Positions 28,912 to 37,532 of a stretch of 61,232 nt of DNA are shown in pieces. The DNA is taken from positions 1-61,232 of the forward strand of contig JAZSDM010000007.1 of assembly GCA_045531145.1 (NCBI GenBank), in the 5' to 3' direction. Position numbers and translations under genes: made by a program. The notes beneath the pieces were generated by a model, which saw only the letters and a list, made by a program, of their open reading frames with translations, was not told the origin of the DNA and did not search any database. Numbering within the stretch: the first letter of the stretch is position 1; every line of letters starts with the position of its first letter. The stretch comes from Acutalibacteraceae bacterium. Lineage in GTDB: Bacteria > Bacillota > Clostridia > Oscillospirales > Acutalibacteraceae.

Positions 28912-29745
28912 CTAATTAAATACAGATTTAAGTAAATTCATACTTTCAACAGTTGGTTTTTCAAAAATACAAGCATCTTTTCCAATAGCACAATATTTGT
29001 TTTCCCCCATAGCGTGATATGGCAAAAGTTCCACCTTTTCCGGAGCCCCGCAATTATCTAAAAAATCCTTAATTTTTTGCATTTCTTCTATACTGTCGTT
29101 AACATCGGGGATAATGGGAAAACGAATCCATAATTTCGCCTTTCTTTCAAACAACCTTTTAAGATTGTCTAAAATCAATTCATTACCCACACCCACATAC
29201 TTTTTGTGTTTATCGGTGTCAAAGATTTTAATGTCATAGAGGAACAGATCGGTATAAGGTAGAATTTTTTCAAAACTTTCAAAGGGTATATGTCCTGCAG
29301 TGTCAACTGCGGTATGTATTCCGTTTTCTTTGCATTTTTTAAGGATTTCACAAAGAAAATCTATCTGTAACATACATTCTCCGCCTGAAAATGTGACACC
29401 ACCGCCTGAGTTTTCATAGTAGGCTTTATCTTTGATAATCTCATCAAAGACTTCGTCCACAGTATATTCCTTGCCACAGACTTTACGTGCATCAACAGGG
29501 CAGTAAAAGGTACATTTTCCGCATAAATCACACTTTTCAAAATTATACGGACAAACTTCTTTACATTTTCCGCAACCTTTGCACTTGTCCTTATAAAACA
29601 TCATCTGCGGTTTAAAATCCTGACTTTCGGGGTTGTGACACCAAGCGCATTTTAAATTGCAGCCTTTAAAAAACACAGTTGTTCTAATACCAGGACCGTC
29701 AACAAAGGAATTTCGTTCAATATCAAAAATTACAGCAGTAGACAT
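28912..29745 (-). CDS. glycyl-radical enzyme activating protein (radical SAM)
   Basis: CNLKCAWCHN (CxxxCxxC) plus two ferredoxin-like Cys clusters (CKGCGKCKEVCP, CDLCGKCTFYCP). ATG at 29745 after TAGGAG. Confidence 0.92.
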   Translation of the reverse strand: MSTAVIFDIERNSFVDGPGIRTTVFFKGCNLKCAWCHNPESQDFKPQMMFYKDKCKGCGKCKEVCPYNFEKCDLCGKCTFYCPVDARKVCGKEYTVDEVFDEIIKDKAYYENSGGGVTFSGGECMLQIDFLCEILKKCKENGIHTAVDTAGHIPFESFEKILPYTDLFLYDIKIFDTDKHKKYVGVGNELILDNLKRLFERKAKLWIRFPIIPDVNDSIEEMQKIKDFLDNCGAPEKVELLPYHAMGENKYCAIGKDACIFEKPTVESMNLLKSVFN

Positions 29746-29756
29746 TTTTGCTCCTA

Positions 29757-30899
29757 TCAATAAGTTAAATTATAGTTATACAATTCTTTTAAATCTTTAA
29801 AAATATCTTCAAAATCACTATTATCAATCAGTTCCGCTCTTACAAAACGGTAAAGCATAGAACGTAACCCTTGTGAAGGCGAAGAGAGTAAATGTGTTCC
29901 AAAATAGATGCTGATTTCGTTTTGGGTATCTACAGCAAGATATGCGCCGGCCGCTCCGCCCCAACCAAAATCAATATTCTTCTGGTCGCCTTTTGGGCAG
30001 CGCACACCCAAACCATAGCCATGAGTATCCTTGGTCCAATAGGTTCTTTTTTGATGCTCGCTTAGACGGTCGGTAATCATTAGCTTAAGAGTTTCGGGTT
30101 TTAATAATTTGTGGGTGCGAAGACCTTCCAAAAATTTTATGTAATCGTCAACTGTTGAAATACCGCCTGCTCCACCGCTTGCGTACTCGCTACCGATTTT
30201 ATAATTAACTATAGGCTTGCCAACATTAACTGCTTTACCATTTTCAAATCTATATTGCGGTGCAATAGTTTCAATTTCAGTTTCGGGTAACATAAATGTA
30301 GAATCATTCATCCCTACAACATCAAAAATATTCTTTTTAACATAGGTTTCGAATTTTTCGCCCGATACCACCTCAACAAATGCCGCCAAAACATCGTGGC
30401 AAAGGCTATATTCCCATCTATCGCCAGGTTCAAATAATAACGGTTCTTTTGCTAAATATTTCATCGCCTCTCGAGTAGGACATTTTCCTTCTGTTTGAGT
30501 AATAGCATTTTTCAATTGCGGAGAATAGCAGTTATAGGAAAAACCTGCCGTCATTTCAAATAAGTGTTTTATTAAAATCGGGTTTTCGGCTTTTTTAATA
30601 CCATCGTCTGTATTCACCGTCATTTCTTTAAATTCCGGCATATAATCCGAGAGTTTGTCCTCAAGCGAAAACAATCCCTTTTCCCATAACTGTAAAGCTG
30701 CTGTACAGGTGATAACCTTGGAACAGGAATAAATGTTATATCTTTCTTTGCCGTTAATGGGTATTTTATTCTCTAAATCAGAATATCCGCCCATATATCT
30801 CAGCACACATTTACCGTCTTTGTGCACACAAAGATCAAAGCCAGGCACAACACCCATTTCTAAAAATGAATCACAAAATTTTTTAATATTTTCAAACAT
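29757..30899 (-). CDS. serine hydrolase (beta-lactamase / class C esterase fold)
   Basis: S-x-x-K motif YSCSKV near the N-terminus; about 380 aa. Lies between the GRE and its activase. Confidence 0.8.
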   Translation of the reverse strand: MFENIKKFCDSFLEMGVVPGFDLCVHKDGKCVLRYMGGYSDLENKIPINGKERYNIYSCSKVITCTAALQLWEKGLFSLEDKLSDYMPEFKEMTVNTDDGIKKAENPILIKHLFEMTAGFSYNCYSPQLKNAITQTEGKCPTREAMKYLAKEPLLFEPGDRWEYSLCHDVLAAFVEVVSGEKFETYVKKNIFDVVGMNDSTFMLPETEIETIAPQYRFENGKAVNVGKPIVNYKIGSEYASGGAGGISTVDDYIKFLEGLRTHKLLKPETLKLMITDRLSEHQKRTYWTKDTHGYGLGVRCPKGDQKNIDFGWGGAAGAYLAVDTQNEISIYFGTHLLSSPSQGLRSMLYRFVRAELIDNSDFEDIFKDLKELYNYNLTY

Positions 30900-30999
30900 A
30901 GATATCACCCTAAGTATTTTTATTGCTTTTATAATAACACATTTTTTCAGAAAAACAACTTTTTTCGAATAGGCATTATTTGCATTACCTATCGGACAT

Positions 31000-31125
31000 T
31001 CAAGATTTGCTATTCTGAATCATCATTATCCAAAACAGATTGCACCCTTTGAAAAACACCGTTGTTCTTATCCCCGGTCCGTCAACATAAGAATTTCGTT
31101 CAATATCAAATATCGCAGCTTTCAT
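31000..31125 (-). pseudogene. 5' remnant of a second GRE-activase gene
   Basis: MKAAIFDIERNSYVDGPGIRTTVFFKGCNL parallels MSTAVIFDIERNSFVDGPGIRTTVFFKGCNL of the intact activase. It breaks off just before the CxxxCxxC motif and starts 4 nt after the GRE stop. Confidence 0.8.
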
Positions 31126-31128
31126 CTT

Positions 31129-33252
31129 TTACATCTCTTTTTCTGTTCTTGTAATTATTTCGTCCTGTAAATCTTCATTAAGTAAAACAAAGTAATCAGA
31201 AAAACCGGAAACACGCACTCTTAAATTTTTATATTTTTCAGGAGTAATTTGTGCATTTTTTAAATCTTCTTTCGATACATAGTTCAGTTGATAATGAAGA
31301 CCGCCTAATTTAAAGTATGTTTCAAAAAGCTTTACAAGTTTATCAAAATTATCATCGTCTTTTACAAGCTGCTCGTCAACCAAAACATTGGTAACCGTCG
31401 AACCGCAAAAGCACAGATGCGCATTCAGCTTAGCAACAGAGCTTAAAAGTGATGTAAGACCTTCGCGGTCGCGCCCTTCGTTTTGTCCGATTCCGTAGGA
31501 AATCATATCGCCGTCGTATCTTCCATCAGGCGTTGCCTTGGTTACATCTCCAAACCATTTATGATGCTGATTGTAGCCAATCAAATTTCCGTGGAAAAAT
31601 TTATATCCCATGTCGGATTCTTTGTCTTTCATGTATTGATATACAGATGCGCCGAAAAGATTTCCGCAGTAATTGGATGTTTCATCGTCATTGCCGAAGA
31701 AAGCGCCTGTTTGCGCTATTTCGGCATGGAGCTTTTCATAACCCTGCCAATTAGATTTTAAAGCATCAACAACTGTTTTCATAGAAATCTTTTTTTCATC
31801 AAAAACAAACTGCTTTATAACTGCAAGTGAATCAATAACCGTTGAGAGACCTATAAGGCTAAGTTCAGCAATTGCATTTTTTGCCCCACCTTGCGTGACA
31901 CTTTTGCCACGCTCTATTGAACCTTCAAAAAACATTGTACTAACCAAGTTTACATCTCTTGCACGTACAGCCTGAAATTTATTGTAATATTCTATATCTT
32001 TTTTTAGAACATTATGAAGTTCCCGTTCAAATACTTTGTAAAATTCATCAAAGGTTTTCACATTGCATATTTCTTCTGCACAATTATGAAAAGTGTTTTC
32101 AATACTTTTAGCAATATTGGTTGTACAACCCCCCATGAAAATTCCTCCCGGCAACTGCGGTTCATTACAACCAACCATTGTATATTTGCACGCTAATTCA
32201 TAGGGAAAACCGGCAATTTCCGTAAATGCTTTTATTCTTGGCTCATCATTTACGAAAGCAATTCTTTTGTTGGTGTCTTTTCTTTCACAGTCCATTACAT
32301 ATTTCAGAACTTCTTCGGGCGTTTTCTTTGTCCAGCGAAGGGAAATTTCAGGAATGAATGTGGGAAGCTCCAGCATACTGTCCAGAACAAGCCTTGAAAG
32401 TTCATTGAAACCATCTTCACCATTTTCAAGGTAGCCTCCAATACAGAAATGAGACTCACCACCTCGATAAAAACGGTCTGATTTTATGGATATTCTTGCC
32501 TGAAGCATTAAGAAAAGCTCTTGCAAATATGCTTTTGCATCCTCTTTGGTTAGAGTGCCGTTTGCAATTTCGTTTACGTAAAATGAATACAAATATCTAT
32601 CTATTGTACCTATACTATCAGGAACGAAGGCATAGATAACGTAAACTGTCAGCACCGCTTCATAAAAGCTTTGCGCAGGGTTTGCAGGCACGTTTTTAAG
32701 CGCCTTTGAAAGTTTGACAAGGTTTGCTTTATATTCCGGATTTTCGATCTCTTGGGCTTTTTTTAATGCAGCATCAGAACACTTTTTTGCCCAGCCGATT
32801 ATTGCATCTGCAATAATATCAATCCCGTCTAAAAACTCAAGTTCTTCTTTTTGACTATGTGTTTTTTTAGATTGTGCAATTTCTGCCTTTAAACCGTTAA
32901 TTCCAATTTTAATTACCTTTTCAAAATCGGCAACGCTGTGCTGCCATTCAAATGTGCAAAGCCCGTCTACAGGATTATTATAATATTCTTTGTATATCTT
33001 TCGCCAGTTTTCATGACCGCAACGATTGAATATGTCTCCCATTACGTCACCCTCAAAACGCAGATAGCCTGTCAAAGCCGTTAATTCGCTCACAAAGGGT
33101 TTTTGATTTAAGATATATTCCTTTGCCCTTTTTGCACTCATTATAACAGGCGACAGGAATATATCCTCCCTGTCATATTCCGTTTTGGTATGCTCGATAT
33201 ACATCTGACCTTTCACTGTCATATCAGCTAACTTTTTTATTCTTTCATTCAT
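31129..33252 (-). CDS. glycyl-radical enzyme (PFL-like family), substrate unknown
   Basis: C-terminal glycine-radical motif RVRVSGFSDYF and Cys-loop VGCNEP. 707 aa, shorter than the characterised GREs I recall. Confidence 0.88.
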   Translation of the reverse strand: MNERIKKLADMTVKGQMYIEHTKTEYDREDIFLSPVIMSAKRAKEYILNQKPFVSELTALTGYLRFEGDVMGDIFNRCGHENWRKIYKEYYNNPVDGLCTFEWQHSVADFEKVIKIGINGLKAEIAQSKKTHSQKEELEFLDGIDIIADAIIGWAKKCSDAALKKAQEIENPEYKANLVKLSKALKNVPANPAQSFYEAVLTVYVIYAFVPDSIGTIDRYLYSFYVNEIANGTLTKEDAKAYLQELFLMLQARISIKSDRFYRGGESHFCIGGYLENGEDGFNELSRLVLDSMLELPTFIPEISLRWTKKTPEEVLKYVMDCERKDTNKRIAFVNDEPRIKAFTEIAGFPYELACKYTMVGCNEPQLPGGIFMGGCTTNIAKSIENTFHNCAEEICNVKTFDEFYKVFERELHNVLKKDIEYYNKFQAVRARDVNLVSTMFFEGSIERGKSVTQGGAKNAIAELSLIGLSTVIDSLAVIKQFVFDEKKISMKTVVDALKSNWQGYEKLHAEIAQTGAFFGNDDETSNYCGNLFGASVYQYMKDKESDMGYKFFHGNLIGYNQHHKWFGDVTKATPDGRYDGDMISYGIGQNEGRDREGLTSLLSSVAKLNAHLCFCGSTVTNVLVDEQLVKDDDNFDKLVKLFETYFKLGGLHYQLNYVSKEDLKNAQITPEKYKNLRVRVSGFSDYFVLLNEDLQDEIITRTEKEM

Positions 33253-33415
33253 GTTAATAAACCCCTTCTCACAAAAAGTTTTACATTTGTAGTTTATTCC
33301 AAATACTTATTACAGTAAATAGACAAAATACTTTATTTGCACTTTTCGATACTGTTTAATGGAATTATATATTGCATTATGACCGTTATATGTTAAAATA
33401 TAGGTGGGTGGTACT

Positions 33416-34201
33416 ATGAACAATAAATTTGCAATAACAGACATTAGACGGGTTGTTCTCGTAGGCGAAGATGAATACAAAGAAACTGTAACATCATTTT
33501 CTCATAACAAATGGTGTGCCAATGAGCTGATTTATAATCTTTCAGGGGAATCCACTGTATTTTTTAATGGAAAATCCTTAGAGAATACAAAAGATACGAT
33601 TCGATTTCTTCCTCAAGGTGAAATTTCCGAATATGTTGTTAAAAGAAAAGAACGCGGGGAATGTATAGATATATGTTTTGATTCTGATTCACCTATTGCA
33701 GAAGAGGCTTTTATTTTAAAACTCAGTCAAAGTGAAAAAATCAAAAGTCTTTTTAAAAAGATTTTTTCAGTTTGGGTTGCAAAGGGAGACGGATACTATT
33801 TAGAATGTGTTTCCATTATTTACAAAATATTTGCAGAACTGCAAAAGAAAAATTATATACCTGAAAATCAGATTCTTGCCATAAAACCTGCCATCGATTA
33901 CATAGAAAACCATTTTCTTGAGAAAAAAATTACAGCAGAAGAACTTACCTCCTGCTGTGAAATCAGTTATCCTTATATAAAAAAATTATTCGTTAAAAAG
34001 TTTGGTATGCCACCGATAAAGTATAGCATACAACTTAAAATCAACTATGCCTGCGACCTTTTAAAATCAAATTTGTATACAATTTCACAAATTGCTGAAA
34101 TGTGCGGTTATAATGATATATACTTTTTCAGCCGACAGTTTAAAGAATATATGGGTATCTCCCCCACGGCATTTATTGAAAAATATAAATCCTCAAAATA
34201 G
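33416..34201 (+). CDS. AraC-family transcriptional regulator
   Basis: N-terminal cupin-like domain; C-terminal double HTH (ISQIAEMCGYNDIYFFSRQFKEYMGISPTAF). Divergent from the GRE gene. ATG at 33416. Confidence 0.88.
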   Translation: MNNKFAITDIRRVVLVGEDEYKETVTSFSHNKWCANELIYNLSGESTVFFNGKSLENTKDTIRFLPQGEISEYVVKRKERGECIDICFDSDSPIAEEAFILKLSQSEKIKSLFKKIFSVWVAKGDGYYLECVSIIYKIFAELQKKNYIPENQILAIKPAIDYIENHFLEKKITAEELTSCCEISYPYIKKLFVKKFGMPPIKYSIQLKINYACDLLKSNLYTISQIAEMCGYNDIYFFSRQFKEYMGISPTAFIEKYKSSK

Positions 34202-34204
34202 TAA

Positions 34205-34237
34205 AAGCATCCCGAAAATAATCGGGATGCTTTTTTA
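34205..34237 (+). terminator. rho-independent terminator of the AraC gene
   Basis: AAGCATCCCGA-AAATAA-TCGGGATGCTTTTTT. Confidence 0.8.
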
Positions 34238-34282
34238 TGAAACGTCTTTCAAACGGGACGTCGAGGCGCCGTCCCCTACATT

Positions 34283-34413
34283 ATTCGCAATAGATTGCGC
34301 TGTTTCAAGCATATTCTCTGCGAAAATAGCGTAACCCTTGGTTGGATCATCGACTAATACATGCGTAACGGCTCCAACTAACTTACCATTCTGGAGTAAA
34401 GGGCTACCCGACA
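34283..34413 (-). pseudogene. spoIVB: displaced 3' fragment of spoIVB (copy 2, diverged; ...[42 protein letters not shown])
   Basis: 5 substitutions over 42 aligned residues versus the intact gene, with many silent nucleotide changes. The reading frame then runs into a GC-rich repeat (VGDGASTSR). Confidence 0.8.
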
Positions 34414-34566
34414 CGAGTGTGTCAATATAGGACCAACACAGTTTTTGTAACAACGATTTTCAATTTTTCCTTTAAACGCAAAGAAACCGTACCAATTAGG
34501 CACGATTTCTTTGAATGATAGGAAATTAACTTTTTATGGTATGTGTTATATTAGGAACAACAAATA
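34409..34566. repeat. conserved island-end module, copy 2
   Basis: GACACG-AG-TGTGTC core. CAATATAGGACCAACA. Hairpin CAAAGAAACCG...GGCACGATTTCTTTG (34479-34513). GTGTTATATTAGGAACAACAAATA (34543-34566). Confidence 0.8.
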
Positions 34567-34635
34567 GAGACATTTAAGCGTCTTCCAATATCATGAATTG
34601 CACATTTTATTTTTGTTATTTTAATTCTACTCAAA

Positions 34636-36057
34636 CTATTTGGTTTCGCTTATATTAATCCACATTGCAGGTCTAACGGTTATGCTCTCGTTATCAGGTG
34701 GTAAGGAGTTAGTGCTAATTCCGCCCTTACCTGAGACGATGCTATGATTTGAATTCATATCGGGATTGGTTCTTAACCACCACCATGCATGCTTTCCATC
34801 TCCATAGCTTATGTCCGCACCCATTTTTTTAGCATACTCAGTTGGTTTTACTTTTCGTGATTTACTTGTTGGAAAATATTTTTCAATCTCCTCTTCACTA
34901 AAAACATAAAGAAAATCGTTTGTTGGATTCTTTGTTACTTTAATCGTTTTTACTCCTTGAATTACTGCACCGCTTTTTGTTGTGAACGAAGAACCGTTCC
35001 GTTGATGTGTATAATCATAGTTTTCTACCATAGTTTTTTGAATGTGTTTTTTCTCGAAATCACTAAACGCCTCATTATAGAAAGAATCGTTCAACCAATT
35101 CCTGAGATAGCTTGTTTCCCAAGTGGCGCTCGATTTAAAAGCCGGGGTGTAAGAAAGAACATCTTCATTAGCAAAAGGTATACAATCTAATCCATATTTA
35201 CTAATCAAAAGTGCTTTTTCTTCTGCCTTATCAAGAACTAACCATTCAATATTTTCAGATCCGTTATTGAAATCTCCATCTTGCTCATAAGAACCGAACT
35301 CCACATAATCACCAACATTTGCTTTTTGCATCTTTTGCAGCTTTATTGGCATGTCGATTTCTTTCAATTTATCAGCGCTATCTTTATATTTAGGTATAGC
35401 TTTCAAAAGAATTTCAGCATTAATAAATTCGTTATCATCAGTAGATTCAATTGCTTTTTTATAGAATAATTCTTTGACTTTTCCGTCATATTCAAACCAT
35501 TTGCTATCAGAATATGATTTAGTTGCTTTTTCAATCTTTCCATTAGATAAAAGATTTTGATAATATGAAAATCTTCCCAACGGAATGAAAACGAAATAAG
35601 TCAGTACGAGTAATACAATTAAAGATATACTAGAAATTGAAAATATAATTGCTCTTTTTTTAGATTTAGCTCTCTTTTGATTGATTTTCTCTTCAACTAA
35701 AGAATAATACTTTTTAAGCTGTTGCTTGTAATTATCATCAGCATATTTAACAGCCATTTTAAAATCATCAAATTTAGTGAGTTTCTTATTAACCGAAGTA
35801 AGGCTTACTAAATCAGATAATTTAAGTTTCGCTAATAATCTTCCAATATACGCTCTTGCCTTATTATCATTATTCACAATGGCAAAATCAAATATCTCTT
35901 TAGCTTTTTTCCATTCTTTTAATTCAAGATAAGTATAACCTTTTTCTATATCCGAAATAGGATTCGATTCAGCAATTACCTTTTCGACAATACTTCCACA
36001 AAACGGGCAATATTCACTGTCGTTAGGCACATTGTTATTACACTGCTTGCAAATCAT
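34636..36057 (-). CDS. zinc-ribbon / TPR-like / single-TM protein with DUF6273-like extracellular domain
   Basis: N-terminal CKQC...CPFCG, TM helix AIIFSISSISLIVLLVLTYFVFI, C-terminal IEWLVL...WWWLRT...VRPAMWI signature. Confidence 0.75.
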   Translation of the reverse strand: MICKQCNNNVPNDSEYCPFCGSIVEKVIAESNPISDIEKGYTYLELKEWKKAKEIFDFAIVNNDNKARAYIGRLLAKLKLSDLVSLTSVNKKLTKFDDFKMAVKYADDNYKQQLKKYYSLVEEKINQKRAKSKKRAIIFSISSISLIVLLVLTYFVFIPLGRFSYYQNLLSNGKIEKATKSYSDSKWFEYDGKVKELFYKKAIESTDDNEFINAEILLKAIPKYKDSADKLKEIDMPIKLQKMQKANVGDYVEFGSYEQDGDFNNGSENIEWLVLDKAEEKALLISKYGLDCIPFANEDVLSYTPAFKSSATWETSYLRNWLNDSFYNEAFSDFEKKHIQKTMVENYDYTHQRNGSSFTTKSGAVIQGVKTIKVTKNPTNDFLYVFSEEEIEKYFPTSKSRKVKPTEYAKKMGADISYGDGKHAWWWLRTNPDMNSNHSIVSGKGGISTNSLPPDNESITVRPAMWINISETK

Positions 36058-37289
36058 TTAATATCCTCCTTTATAACCCTTAAACCACACTTGTGACAAA
36101 AATCACTGTCATCTAAAAGTCTTGTTCCACATTTACGGCAGAATAAAACTTTTGGAGAGCTTTTAATTTCAACCTTTTTTTCTATAATGGGTTGTTCATA
36201 GTTTGATTTAATTTCTTTTATTTCTTCGAATTGTGCAATAGGTTCATTTTTTGGTATAGTTTCTTCAATTACATTTACTTTAAATCTGCCGATAAAATTC
36301 TCATTATTTTCAAATTCATTTTCAGTAATTTCAACATCTTTTTTATTGTTTTCTTCTGCAATTAGTTCTTGGTATATTTCATCGGTTGAAATATCGTATT
36401 TCAATCCAATATCATTTTTTGATTTATTTATCAAAATTTTATAATTTGTAATGCTCCATAAAAAAATTGCACTTCCAGGTGCTACTCCTCCTTTAAGAAA
36501 GAACATAACAAAAAATGCGATAATTGCATATATAATAGTTATCTTTTTTGCTTTATTTTTAGGTAACGCCTGTTTTTTGATTTTATATCTATAAATTATT
36601 ATAGGCAAGGAATATACGGATATTGTGATAATCAAACTTAAAATTATATTAAGAAAGTTTATTTGCAAGTTGCCGTCACTGTTTATGTATATAACGTCAT
36701 CACTTGTATCAGCAACATATGGATATTTAACACTATTCATCATTGTTACAAATTCTTGATAATGGTTTTTTTTAGCTAAATCACCAAAATAAAACTGATA
36801 ACAATATCCATTTTCAAAATGTAAAAGCATAGTCATTGTTATATCAGCAGAAATATCGAAGACGGACATTTCTTTATCTACAGATATTTCTAAATATTCT
36901 GTTCCACTATAATGCACTGTATCAATTTCTGCATCAAGATTATCGAAGCCCATCAGTTGTAGTATTTCTTCTTTTGTGAAATTATCCATAAGTTCTGAAT
37001 GATTTATGTCAGAACGAGAATAACCAACCTTATCGCTATCTGGCATTTCTTCCCATACATCAGCATATCCAAACAAAATTGTTCCACCATCTTCATTTTC
37101 AGGTGAATACGCAACTTTAATAAATTCTCTGTCTTCGCTTAAAGGTGTTTCGTTCCAACCTTGCGGAATAGCAAAAGAAATTCCCGTAACTGAATCTTTA
37201 TATGTATTTGAACTTTCAGCACTAACCGAAACAGCAAAAGAAAGCACTATTAGAATAGTAATAAAAAATGTCAATAATCTTTTAAACAT
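36054..37289 (-). CDS. signal-peptide / multi-TM protein with C-terminal zinc ribbon
   Basis: Signal peptide ending VSA-ESS, extracellular domain, TM helices, cytoplasmic tail ending CRKCG...CHKCG. ATG at 37289 after GAGGA. Its stop overlaps the next gene's start (ATGA). Confidence 0.7.
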   Translation of the reverse strand: MFKRLLTFFITILIVLSFAVSVSAESSNTYKDSVTGISFAIPQGWNETPLSEDREFIKVAYSPENEDGGTILFGYADVWEEMPDSDKVGYSRSDINHSELMDNFTKEEILQLMGFDNLDAEIDTVHYSGTEYLEISVDKEMSVFDISADITMTMLLHFENGYCYQFYFGDLAKKNHYQEFVTMMNSVKYPYVADTSDDVIYINSDGNLQINFLNIILSLIITISVYSLPIIIYRYKIKKQALPKNKAKKITIIYAIIAFFVMFFLKGGVAPGSAIFLWSITNYKILINKSKNDIGLKYDISTDEIYQELIAEENNKKDVEITENEFENNENFIGRFKVNVIEETIPKNEPIAQFEEIKEIKSNYEQPIIEKKVEIKSSPKVLFCRKCGTRLLDDSDFCHKCGLRVIKEDIK

Positions 37290-37315
37290 AAAAATCCTCA
37301 CACCCTATTGTTTAT

Positions 37316-37344
37316 ATTATATAACATTTTGACATTTTTTTCAA
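37316..37344 (-). promoter_or_regulatory. sigma-A-type promoter for the island A gene pair
   Basis: Minus strand: TTGAAA (37339-37344), 17 nt, TATAAT (37316-37321). Confidence 0.45.
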
Positions 37345-37383
37345 TTATAAATATAGACACATTTCAAGAACATAAATAAGGCT

Positions 37384-37527
37384 CCCTCTGACGAGGGTGC
37401 TATTGTAGAGGCGGGTTTCCATGACCGCCCGTTTCATATATCATATATTCGGGAGGGCGCAGAGACCCTCCCCTACAATTTAAAAAATTAATCGATGTTT
37501 CGTAGGGGCAGGTTTCTATGCCCGTTT
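37384..37527. repeat. cluster of three GC-rich GTAGGGG-hairpin (REP-like) units
   Basis: TGTAGAGGCGGG-tttccatgac-CGCCCG; GGGAGGG-cgcagagac-CCTCCCCTACA (inverted); CGTAGGGGCAGG-tttctat-GCCCG. Strongly GC-rich in an AT-rich background. A fourth unit lies at about 34252-34282. Confidence 0.7.
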
Positions 37528-37532
37528 ATATT

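Larger units (their letters stand above)
28757..34413. mobile_element. putative integrated cargo island B (AraC / glycyl-radical enzyme / hydrolase / activase), no recombinase
   Basis: Bounded by spoIVB fragment 1 plus the conserved end module on one side and by spoIVB fragment 2 on the other. Boundaries are set where similarity to spoIVB breaks. Confidence 0.55.

Noticed and set aside
30733-30972. 79-aa plus-strand ORF at the hydrolase 5' end
   Set aside because: It is antisense to the serine hydrolase start region, has no RBS and is hydrophobic low-complexity sequence.
37384-37527. Possible CRISPR array (GC-rich repeats)
   Set aside because: There are only three units, in mixed orientation, with irregular short gaps, no uniform spacers and no cas genes in the window.
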